DNA of 14,083 nt, counting the filler, from Elsinoe ampelina (taxonomy: Eukaryota), in assembly GCA_010093995.1 (NCBI GenBank). It is 11 parts of 11 records of this genome, joined end to end, with 100 filler letters (N's around TTAATTAATTAA, not from the genome) between each part and the next. Parts side by side here need not be neighbours in the genome. Positions count along the whole stretch, not along the records: positions 1 to 1,330 come from ML992650.1; positions 1,431 to 2,740 come from ML992651.1; positions 2,841 to 4,136 come from ML992652.1; positions 4,237 to 5,476 come from ML992653.1; positions 5,577 to 6,780 come from ML992654.1; positions 6,881 to 8,069 come from ML992655.1; positions 8,170 to 9,358 come from ML992656.1; 4 more parts are not named here. One strand, 5' to 3'. The translations under genes were made by a program, and so were the position numbers. Under the pieces are notes generated by a model. It searched no databases. It had not been told where the DNA came from and was given only the letters and a program-made list of their open reading frames with translations. Positions 1 to 9,155 of the stretch are shown piece by piece; the stretch's first letter is position 1, and every line of letters starts with the position of its first letter.

Positions 1-1330
1 TTCTTTAGCTTAAATTTAACCTAATCTAGCACCTAAATATCCCTTTTAAAGCTTCTCTTTCTCTTTATCTACTTAAAGAATTTAGTTAAAACTTTGTAAG
101 GGTTAGCCTTAGAGGTAACAGGTAAGGATCTTAAGTCGTTTATAGGCTCTAAGCGCTACTATAGCTAGTAAGGAGCAATCGAGTTTGTAATATTAATATA
201 GTTAATAGGTGTTAAAGGGAGTGTAAAAGGCGCTAAAGACGCTAAAGGCGTTAGTATTAGTAGTGTCGGTAGAGCGCTTTTAACACTCCTTAAGGCCTTT
301 AAGCGATTAAGGCTTAATATAAGGCCTATAGGAGAACGATTAATAGTAGCTTTGCCATCGCGAATAGCAGTAGCCTAGGTATACTTATCCTCTGTTATAA
401 TTCGATAGTGCTTACTAGTTAACGTACGCTAGTATAACCTCTTATAGTTATAGTAATTACGATTAGTGCAAGTCTACACCGACTCTAATAGAGGCTCCTT
501 ATTGCTATTTACGCCCTCGAGCGCACTACGTAATTAGCTCGTCGCCGAGCCTCGACCTTGCAATAGTAGCGCTAGCTACACTACCTACGAAGACAGTAGT
601 GTTATACTAGCTACTAGAGTCTATACTGTCCTTACTAGCGTCGATCTAAGGGAGAATTACTACAAAGGCAGCAGTAGTAGACCTATTAAAGAGCTTAGAA
701 CTAGCATAGTTAAAGGTAGTTATATAACTCTTAAATTTACTATAGAGTTTATAGCTGTTAGTACCTTCTTTATCTCGGCAGTAAGGCTAAGCCTAAGCTG
801 CTAGTAATCCTTAGTAAGCTAATCTTTAAGCTTATTAACTAGCCTCTATATCTTAGCTAGCTCTAATATTGCTGCTTTAAATAGCTACTATACACTAAGA
901 CGCTTATAGGTAGTAGCGTAATTAAGCAAAAGTAGCTTAAGTATAGCTTAAGTAATAAGACTACCCTTCTCTACTGCCTAATTAGCTAGTACTAACTACG
1001 ATAGATCACTCGGCTAGCTAAATACACGCTTGTTATAGTATAGAGTCTTACTTCCGAGCTTTACTACTAGCCTTACCTCTACTATCTAACTAAGATAGGG
1101 CGTATCTAAGTCGCTAGGATTAGTCTCTAGTAACTCTAGCACTTACGACGACTATAGCACCTCTATTACCTATGTATCTAGCTCTTCCTCCGGTGCTATA
1201 TCCGACTTAATTAACTGCCTTAGCTAGTCTAGTGCAGGTGTTAGAAACCTTAATTAAAGAGACAGCTACTAAGATCTAGCTCGTAAAGGTAGTATAACTT
1301 AGTTTATAGCTTGCTCTATAAGCCTCTAAA
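1..1330 (-). pseudogene. RIP-inactivated ORF of an unclassified repeat; encodes a W-x-C-x4-C-x-N-x4-C-W-x6-H motif
   Basis: One minus-strand frame reads as protein-like over about 400 codons, with only TAG/TAA stops derivable from CAG/CAA/TGG. At 476-330 it reads *TCTNRNYYNYKRLY*RTLTSKHYRIITEDKYT*ATAIRDGKATINRSP (de-RIP: WTCTDRNCHNYKRLCWRTSTGKHYRI..WATAIRDGKATIDRPP). No RT, integrase or transposase motif recognised. Confidence 0.55.
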
Positions 1331-1430
1331 NNNNNNNNNNNNNNNNNNNNNNNNNNNNNNNNNNNNNNNNNNNNTTAATTAATTAANNNNNNNNNNNNNN
1401 NNNNNNNNNNNNNNNNNNNNNNNNNNNNNN
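1331..1430. other. Artificial contig linker (44 N + TTAATTAATTAA + 44 N), first of ten
   Basis: The identical 100-nt block occurs at 1331-1430, 2741-2840, 4137-4236, 5477-5576, 6781-6880, 8070-8169, 9359-9458, 10573-10672, 11763-11862 and 12933-13032. The 12-mer places stops in all six frames, and the flanking contigs decrease in length. Confidence 0.99.
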
Positions 1431-2740
1431 TACTAAGTATAAGTGTTTAGAGCTAGAGCTTAAGGCTTAGAGCCTCGAGGAAGAGATTAAGTAGATATAT
1501 TATATACGTAATATAGGATATACTTCTACTAGCTTTAGCTATAGCTCGTATACCTCTACGGAGTATATAGTAAGTAAAGCTAGTATATAGAGTATATATA
1601 GTAGTAGTAGACTATTTATAAGACTATTCTCTAGATAACCTCGACTAAGAGAACCTTATCTCTATTAGAGTAAGACTCTAAAAGAGGTAAGATCCTTCCT
1701 AAAGGATCTTAAGGTTATCTTTACTCTAGCCTCTAAGGCTTACTCTACTAACCTATAGAAGGTACTATATAGAGTTATATTTCTTATAGGTAAGCTAGAT
1801 AAGATATAGTACTACTACTACTACGTAGATAGCTTAGAAGACTATATATAGAAGTAATTCTACTAGTTCGTATAGGACGTAGTTAATAACTCTATTAATT
1901 ATAGAGTGCGTGTAACTCTTATATACAAGGGAGCCTAATAACATAAGGGCTAATCTATCTAGGCCTTCGCCTCGGAGCTTACTACTCTTAAGGAGTAACT
2001 AGCTTCCTACTCTAAGGAGTAGAAGGTACGCTACCTCCTCGCTAAGCTATAGCCTATACTACGTACTACTATTATTAAGCACTATACTATTCTAGCTACT
2101 TACTAAGAATTAGTGTCTCTTAGCTCTTATATTAAATTATTAGATTATATAAGCTATAAGCGTTTCGCCTATAAAGAGAACTCGGACCTACTATATAAGT
2201 ATAGGACCTAAGACAGCTCTCGAGAAGGAAACTACTACTAGTCTAGTAGTAGCCCTTAAGCTTATCGCGAGTAGAAGACTACTAACTTATCTACTAAATA
2301 GTTTAGTAAGTAAGGGGGCACCTTCGAGGTATAGAAGAAGAACGCTAAGTATTATAGCTATAGTAGAACTAGCTATATTAAGCTAGAGTATAGATCGAAG
2401 TACTTATAGAAAGATAAGGAGTTATAGGTAGTACGTAAGGTAGCTACTATAGATAAGGTTAATAACTCTAAGCTAGTAAACTCTAAGGGCTTAGCTAATA
2501 AGCGTAACTAAGCTCTACTTCTCTTTTAATTAACACTTACCTATCGCTACCCTATTATAGTACTATTATAGCGCCTATAGGCTATAAAGACTATATGTTT
2601 CTTATAGACAATTATATAGAAGTTAATCTTATATCTTAGGTATTTACTCTTTACTACAATCTACTAAGAGTTAAGTATACTTAGTACCCGAGTATATCTT
2701 CCTTTATAGAGTAAGCTAGATTCTACTATAGCGCGTACTA
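1431..2740 (+). mobile_element. Ty3/gypsy LTR retrotransposon fragment (family A): gag with CCHC zinc knuckle, then start of protease; RIP-inactivated
   Basis: The gag frame (codons from 1432) de-RIPs to PRLREPHLYQGKTLKEARSFLKDLEVIF..YTWEQFCQFV..RQREGQSIQAFASELATLEEQL. The knuckle at 2350-2391 reads YYSYSRTSYIKLEY (CYSCGRTGHIKPEC), with a stop at 2508-2510. A protease-like LIDNYIEVNLIS has Asp at 2607 in the -1 frame. 2603-2740 aligns to the RT-bearing contig at 11762-11625. Confidence 0.88.
2475..2515 (+). promoter_or_regulatory. Putative gag-pol -1 ribosomal frameshift signal (family A)
   Basis: A_GTA_AAC in the gag frame (2475-2481), a 5-nt spacer, then a stem GGGCTTAGCTA (2487-2497) pairing with TAACTAAGCTC (2505-2515) with one G-U and one mismatch. 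The downstream protease is in the -1 frame. Confidence 0.55.
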
Positions 2741-2840
2741 NNNNNNNNNNNNNNNNNNNNNNNNNNNNNNNNNNNNNNNNNNNNTTAATTAATTAANNNN
2801 NNNNNNNNNNNNNNNNNNNNNNNNNNNNNNNNNNNNNNNN

Positions 2841-4022
2841 AAGCTATTACGCCGCTAAGTACGCTAGGCTCTCTACCTTACGTAGTTTAACTTTAAGATT
2901 ATATATAGGCCTAGCGCCGCTAACGGCAAGGCTAATACACTTATAAGGAGGAATAGAGACGTACTATATTCGAAAGAAGACCCTAATCTACGCTAGACGC
3001 TACTACTATATAAAGTGCTAGATTAGTATATTATTAACAAACTAAATCTAGGTCGCATCCGAACTAGATTACTAATCTAAGCTAAACTAAGATCTAGTTC
3101 GGCATCTAGTTTACGAACTAGTTCGCTATCTAGTCTATTACCTATTTCACCTCCTATTTCGCTACCTATATCGGCGCCTATTTCGGCTACTAAACTAGGC
3201 ATCTACGTAGTACCTATCTTAGCTATAGAAGAGCCTTTACCCCTTTTTAACGAAGTAGCTAAAGCTAACCTATAAGACCTCGATTTCGAGACAGTTCGTA
3301 GCATTTACTATATAATAGAAGCCTTCCTAAAGAGGAAATAGCTGCTATTAACTAATGTCACGATTAAAAAGGGAATACTATAGGCCGATAGCTAACTAAT
3401 TATACCTTTCTCTATAGCTACGAAGGTTATCTAAGAAGTTTATATATCGAAGAATTATACACACGTAGGAGCCACTAAGACGGCCGCTATAATAAAGTCT
3501 ACTTTCTATATCTCTAGATGCGATAGTAATATTAAGAGGTTCGTTACTAACTATTATAACTATAAGCGTTTAAAGGCTCGTTATAGTTTACTAGCTAGCC
3601 TCTTATCGCTATTACCTATTCCGGAAAGGCCTTAGTAATATATCACTATAGACTTCGTTACTAGCCTACTCTTAGTAGATAGCTACAACGTAGTACTATA
3701 TATTATAGATCGCTTATCTAAGGAATAATACTTAATCTCTTACTTCTCTAGAGAAGGAGGCACCTTAGCGTTTAAGACTACTAAGTTGTTATTCTTTTAC
3801 GTTTAGAGACTATATAGTCTACTAGATAGTATTACCTCTAACTACGGCCCTTAGTTCGTTAGCGACGTATAGTAGAGGCTCTACTAAATCCTAAAGATTA
3901 CTACTAAACTATCTACTATAGGGCACCTATAAACCGACAGCTAATTAGAGGTTATAAATTGCAAGTTCGAGTAGATTATTCGTTTATACGCTATACATTT
4001 TAGTAATTAGACTCTTGTTCTA
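2841..4022 (+). mobile_element. Ty3/gypsy pol fragment (family B): RNase H C-terminus, Pro/Ser-rich linker, integrase zinc finger and DDE core; RIP-inactivated
   Basis: Single frame from 2841. It reads KLLRR*VR*ALYLT*FNFKIIYRPSAANGKANTLIRR (RNase H end, GKADALTRR) and LPIPERP**YITIDFVTSL (first Asp at 3651). It continues V*RLYSLLDSITSNYGP*FVS (second Asp mutated to Asn at 3840) and GHL*TDS*LEVIN (HPQTDGQSE, Glu at 3948). Confidence 0.95.
3141..3188 (+). repeat. In-frame 12-bp tandem repeat, 4 copies (PISP/PISL/PISA/PISA), in the RNase H-integrase linker
   Basis: cctatttcacct cctatttcgcta cctatatcggcg cctatttcggct. Confidence 0.75.
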
Positions 4023-4136
4023 TATTACGAACTATCTAAACATAGTCTACGCTAGTAGTCTAAGCTAAGCTAAGAACGAGGTAGTTCTACTTCTATAGTA
4101 GTATAGTACTAAGGTAAGAGTTAGAGAAGGTATATC
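4023..4136 (+). mobile_element. Probable start of a different LTR inserted into the integrase gene
   Basis: Homology to the sister copy (6881-7017) stops abruptly after 4022. The new sequence begins TATTACG, the RIP form of the common LTR start TGTTACG. Confidence 0.55.
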
Positions 4137-4236
4137 NNNNNNNNNNNNNNNNNNNNNNNNNNNNNNNNNNNNNNNNNNNNTTAATTAATTAANNNNNNNN
4201 NNNNNNNNNNNNNNNNNNNNNNNNNNNNNNNNNNNN

Positions 4237-5476
4237 TATATAGCTAAAGTAACTCCCTAAGGAGTTATTATAATTACGCTATATAAGCTCTACTCTTAAG
4301 GTAGTTTCTTCTAGGATATATACTCTATCTCTGTTCCGGAGTAAGCTATTACTAGATAGGCTCTACTTAGGGGTAGTACTATTACTAGTTAAGGTTCTCT
4401 CCTTTAGAAGTTTCTATTTCTTGCTATAAGTAAAGGCATCTCTTTACTATACTACGTAGATAAGGTCCTAGAGTAATATAGAAGTAGAAGAGGTATATAT
4501 AGTCTTATCTACTAGTACTTATATAGTATAGAGGCGTATAATCTACTAACTCTAGTTCAAAATTATAGTAGGCTTTCTACTAGAGGTGTCTTAGTGTTAT
4601 ATAGGCGTTATACTATCTTTATACTCTTAGCTCTCTATTATTTCCTAGGCGAGTAGCGGTATATCCTAGAATACTAAGGTAAGTATACATTGTTCTAATT
4701 TAACATTGCTAGTTAGGCTTAGAGAAAGAGTTATATAAGCGCTCTCTAGGCGCTACTCTTCTTACTCTAGAGGCTCTAACTCTTCTTAGTATAGCTATAG
4801 CGCTCCTAAGGTAATAGGTAGACTTATAGGTACTATTCTAGAGATATACTAGAATTATATAAGCGCGTTACGTTAGAGAGTAGTTTAAGGCATATAAGCT
4901 ATACTAGCTTTATTACTGTCTTTCTAGGCCCTACTAGCCTTAGGTTTCTTATCTATAATAGATATAGGTATAACTCCTTCGCTTTACATTTATAATACTT
5001 ACTCTAAGAGAGGGACTAATATATAGCGCTCTTCCTATATATCTTCTTTATACTTATAGTAGTTAGGCCTATATAATAAGCTATTAGCTAGGTTAGTCTT
5101 TCTACTATAGTGCTAGATAACAATATTAAACTACGCTAGTACCTCGGTATAGCGGGCCTAGCGCTATAAAAGCTTCTTAGTAGTTAGGAAATACTTAAGG
5201 TTATTATAGTTAGAAAGAACTTTAATTAGGGTAGTAGCGCTAAGTAGGTACTAGCACTAGTGCTACGCTACTTCTATAATAGTAAGAAGCTCTTTATTAT
5301 AGGTAGTATAGTTTAGTTCTATACCTTATAGCTTCTAGAACTAGAACGCTATAGAGTACTAGTGTTATATAGGGGTATTATTTTTATTTTACTAGGAGAT
5401 TACTCTAGAGAGTATAAAATCTAAAGCGTTAGTCTCGAGCTAGAGAGGCTTACCTAATAAAAAGTAGCGTAGTATA
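4237..5476 (-). mobile_element. Ty3/gypsy pol fragment: RNase H, long linker, start of integrase zinc finger; RIP-inactivated
   Basis: Minus strand reads ETNALDFILSRVIS* (ETDASDFALSGVISQ, from 5436), *YSIAF*F*KL (WHPIAFWSRKL), NYTTYNKELLTIIE and VLSNYNNLKYFLTTKKL. NLANSLLYRPNY (NPADGLSRRPDY) ends at 5059. YNNSLGSYFS (HDDxLGGHFG) lies at 4270-4241, after a 1-nt frameshift near 4295. Confidence 0.92.
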
Positions 5477-5576
5477 NNNNNNNNNNNNNNNNNNNNNNNN
5501 NNNNNNNNNNNNNNNNNNNNTTAATTAATTAANNNNNNNNNNNNNNNNNNNNNNNNNNNNNNNNNNNNNNNNNNNN

Positions 5577-6780
5577 AGCCTAAAGCTAAATAGGGCTAGC
5601 TAACGCTACGGGGTAGCCGAAGCTCTTTAGCTTATTAAGGACGTTATAATTAACTACGGCGCTAATAAGCGCGCTAGTGTCGATAAAGGCTTAAAGTATA
5701 ATAGTATAAGAGCGGTTATAAGGGTCGTAAATAGTAATAGGAGTTATAATAGCGGGGATATAGTAGCTAACAATACTATTTAGTAACTATATACCTCTAG
5801 ATCTATCTCGAATTACTCTTATTCTACTAGAGGATAGGACTTATCCTCTAGCTACTCGTTTCTCTAGCTAGAGTAGTTAGTAGACTTATAGTCTATTTTA
5901 GAGTCGAACTAAGGCTAAACTAGATCTAGTTCGTAGGCCGAACTAGTGTCGACCTAGTTACTTAATTTAGCTAAGCGATTCTAGAGTTATTATATTTCTT
6001 CTATAGCGCTAATATATATAGAGCGTATAGTAGTATAGGTAGCCTTCTCTAAGGCGCTAGCTATATACTTAGTAGAGATATATCTAGGCTTGCCGCATAT
6101 GTAATAGGTAAGTACTAGAGCTAGATAGAAAGGCTATAGAGTACCTCTAGCGATAGAGCGAAAGGTAAGTAGAGCTATAGACACGGAGGTAGAATAAGGT
6201 ACATAAGTAGGTATAGTAGTAGCGTAGCTTATAGCTAGTATAGAATCTAAAGCCTAAGTACACTTAGTAATAAGGTTATTCTATTAGATATTATAGTTAG
6301 TAGCGTAGGCCTTAGTAATAAAGGTAGTAAGGTTATTAGTATTATAGTTAACTAGAGTATTACGTAGCTTATTAGATATCTTCTAATAGATCTAGTATAG
6401 CTACTTCTCTTTAGCGATCTTAGCGTAAAGAGCATACTTATTAAACTCGCTAATAAAGGAGTTAAACGTACTATTACACTAGAAGAGGTTAGCGAACTAA
6501 GTACGTATAGTAGCTCTATAGTTAGGATCCTCGAAGCGCTAGGCTAGAAGAGTAAGGACCTCTTCGACGCTAATAATATTATTACTAGCTAAGTCTATAA
6601 TAAGAGTATAAGCTTCTCTAGAGAGGCGTAAGTATAGATAGGTAAACTAGGTGTCTCTCGTAGAGAAACGATCTATATTAGTATATATCTTATTCCTTAT
6701 CTAGTGCTTAAAGACCTTAAACTACTCTAGTGTACCTATACTAAAGATAGTAGAGTCTAGTATCTTTTCTAATAAGGTAG
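5577..6780 (-). mobile_element. Ty3/gypsy fragment: gag with CCHC zinc knuckle, frameshift site and aspartic protease; RIP-inactivated
   Basis: Minus strand de-RIPs to KIPDPTIF..NKMRANADRFPTRDTQFAYLYSRLSGEA..RFEDPNHRATARTQFANLFQ..FNSFISEFNKYA. The knuckle YYICGKPRYISTKY (CYICGKPGHISTKC) is at 6106-6065 and the gag stop at 5854-5852. AFIDTSA (DTGA) lies at 5690-5670 in the -1 frame. Confidence 0.92.
5827..5864 (-). promoter_or_regulatory. gag-pol -1 ribosomal frameshift signal: slippery heptamer plus stem-loop
   Basis: Minus strand G_AGA_AAC (5864-5858, one transition away from G_GGA_AAC), a 6-nt spacer GAGTAG containing the gag stop, then a perfect 10-bp stem CTAGAGGATA-agtcc-TATCCTCTAG (5851-5827). 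Protease follows in the -1 frame. Confidence 0.75.
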
Positions 6781-6880
6781 NNNNNNNNNNNNNNNNNNNN
6801 NNNNNNNNNNNNNNNNNNNNNNNNTTAATTAATTAANNNNNNNNNNNNNNNNNNNNNNNNNNNNNNNNNNNNNNNNNNNN

Positions 6881-7761
6881 AAATCCTAAAGATTACTACT
6901 AAACTATCTACTATAGAGTATCTATAAATAGATAGCTAATTAGAGGTTATAAATTGTAAGTTTAAGTAAGTTATTCGTTTATATACTATACGCTTTAGTA
7001 ATTAGACACTTATTCTACTAGTTATAGAATTCTCTACTAACGTTAACCTATTAGAGAGTACTAAGCTATTGCTATTTAAGGTTACTAGAGAATATAAGCT
7101 AAGGCTAAGCTTCTAGCCCCCTTCTAACGTACTATTAATAAGAGCTAAGCTAAATAAGGTTAACATCTATATACTTACTAAGCAGCTAGAAGAGGCACTA
7201 GCTATTACTAAGGCTAACCTCGCTATCGCCTAGTTACGGATAGTAGAATAAGCTAATAAACACCGCTAGCTAATAGAGTTTAAGGCTAGCGATTTAGTTT
7301 AGCTATCGACGAAGAACCTCTAGCTATAGGGCAATCTAAAGCTACTACTAAAACATGTCGGTCCCTATAAGATCCTTAAGAAACAATCGCCGCTAGTATA
7401 TAAGCTCGATCTACTAGCTATACTATAGAGGATCTACCTAGTATTCTACGCTAACCTCCTTACTAAGCACCTAAATAACTCTCTACTAGGCTAAGCCTTT
7501 AATGTACTACCTCTAGTAGAGGTCGACGGTAAAGAGAAGTATAAGGTAGATAATGTAATTAATATATATATACTATAAGGGAAGCTAGTTACTTATATAA
7601 GCTAGAAGAGCTATCTAGAAGATCTTACCTAGTAGCTAATTAACAATCTTAAAGGAGTAGCTAACGTACTATACAACTATCTAGACTATTATATAGATAA
7701 GCTAAGGCTAAAATAGATCGATAAATAATATATAATAGTGTTTAAGAGTAAACGCGTTTAA
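6881..7761 (+). mobile_element. Chromovirus (Ty3/gypsy, family B) integrase C-terminal half with GPY/F motif and chromodomain; RIP-inactivated
   Basis: Frame from 6883 reads ANKHR*LIEFKASDLV*LSTKNL, KHVGPYKIL (GPY at 7360) and VYKLDL..RIYLVFYANLL (RIHPVFHANLL). From 7501 it reads LPLVEVDGKEKYKVDNVI..S*KSYLEDLT**LINNL, de-RIP chromodomain EYEVDDVI..WKGYPEDPTWQPIDNL. Probable stop at 7759-7761. Confidence 0.93.
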
Positions 7762-7770
7762 GAGAGAAAG
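7760..7770 (+). other. Polypurine tract (plus-strand primer site)
   Basis: AAGAGAGAAAG lies immediately after the chromodomain frame and just before the inferred LTR. Confidence 0.65.
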
Positions 7771-7773
7771 TAG

Positions 7774-7974
7774 TAATATAAGATAGATACGAACTAGATT
7801 CAGTTAAGATATAGTTTAGATTAGTTACGTAATCTTAGTATTGTAGCCTAGGCTTCCGGCCGCTTCGCCCTCGATATTACGCGTACTTTATATACTAGTT
7901 TCTTCTTCTTCTTCTAAGTCTTAATATCTTAACGAATAGACGTAATTAACCTCTTGTCTTACTAGTCGTAATTA
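7774..7974 (+). repeat. Putative 3' LTR of the chromovirus (ends approximate)
   Basis: Follows the PPT and starts TAATATAA (possible RIP form of TGATACGA). It contains TATATA near 7888 and a (TTC)n tract near 7900-7914. Candidate end TCGTAATTA at 7966-7974. No second LTR copy is in the window to confirm the ends. Confidence 0.4.
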
Positions 7975-8169
7975 CTTTATAATAGTCCTATTAATATACC
8001 TCTAGATCTATTTAGCTATAACTATATAAGCTATAGTTAGATTCTAAAGGAACCTAGCTAGGTAATTAGNNNNNNNNNNNNNNNNNNNNNNNNNNNNNNN
8101 NNNNNNNNNNNNNTTAATTAATTAANNNNNNNNNNNNNNNNNNNNNNNNNNNNNNNNNNNNNNNNNNNN

Positions 8170-9155
8170 CCCCCCCCCCCCCAGCGCCAGCCGTCGTGCC
8201 AGCCGTCCACCCAGGCGCCAGGGGCAGCCGCCCAAGGAACGCGGCATCACCCCGTCCATGCGGCGTCCCTGCGAAAATTTGCGATGTCGCGCGCTGGCGA
8301 AAAATCTCAAAACGCACCAAAATTTGCTCCGCAAAAAACCTTTTGCCGCGGTTGAACCGCTTTGCACAAATTTGACCCCCGCACCATGCCGGAGGGCTTA
8401 CAAGAGGGGGCAAGCAAATGAAAGCGGCGGTTGAAAGAGCACGGCGCAGTGGTAAAACACAGCGCAGTTCCGGTAAACCGCGGTGGATCTGTTGGCGAGC
8501 ACCTCCGGTGAAGCGCAAGAAATTCATCACGATCGGTTCAAGGACGGCTGGACCGCCTCCCGGCCGCCGGACATCCAGGCACGCTCCCTTAAGGGTGACG
8601 AAGCCGCCGGCGATTGGGTCGCGGGACGGCGCCCCCAAACCGCAGGACGACAGATGGCTAGGGCGATTGCCTGCCAGGCGTCAGACCGCGGCGCAAGGGC
8701 GACTGAAGACGCGGGCTCCCCTCGGGGATGGCCGCGCAACGATGGAGTCTGTGGATGATTGGCCGATGGCTACCATTCTAACGACGAAGTCGGGGGCACG
8801 CCCCAGCCGGTAACCGCCCCTCGAGGGCGTGACCGGTGAAGGGTAACCTCCTCTTGAGGCGCCAATGCCACAGTGCGCGAAGCCCGCAGGGCCTAGCGTC
8901 TTCTGCGGCGGCGAACGCCTTGGGGAATTCAGATGGGGAACATGGATGGGAGCGCGGTTCGAAGGCGGGGAAGGGCTTCGGCCCACCCGCCAGAGATCCG
9001 GGCCCCGGGGCGCACACCCTCCACAGGGAGCCCCCCCTTCCAGTCAAACTACTCCGGCGGAAAGCCCCCCTTCACGGGGCGGCCGACGCCCGCCAAAGGC
9101 ACCGCGGCGCACCGCTCCGGCGGGGCCCGCCCGGGGCCGGCGGCGAGAAGATAGT
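8170..9155 (+). other. rDNA intergenic spacer 3' part and 5' external transcribed spacer
   Basis: GC-rich, non-RIP sequence directly upstream of the 18S start, with many GC hairpin-prone stretches. It begins with a C13 run at the contig break. The Pol I start site cannot be located by eye. Confidence 0.88.

Noticed and set aside
1810..1824. (TAC)5 microsatellite
   Set aside because: It lies in frame within gag and is probably RIP convergence of CAC/TGC/TAC codons rather than a true expansion.
8170..8182. C13 run as a telomere or functional element
   Set aside because: It is not a telomeric repeat. It is a homopolymer at a contig break whose true length is unreliable.
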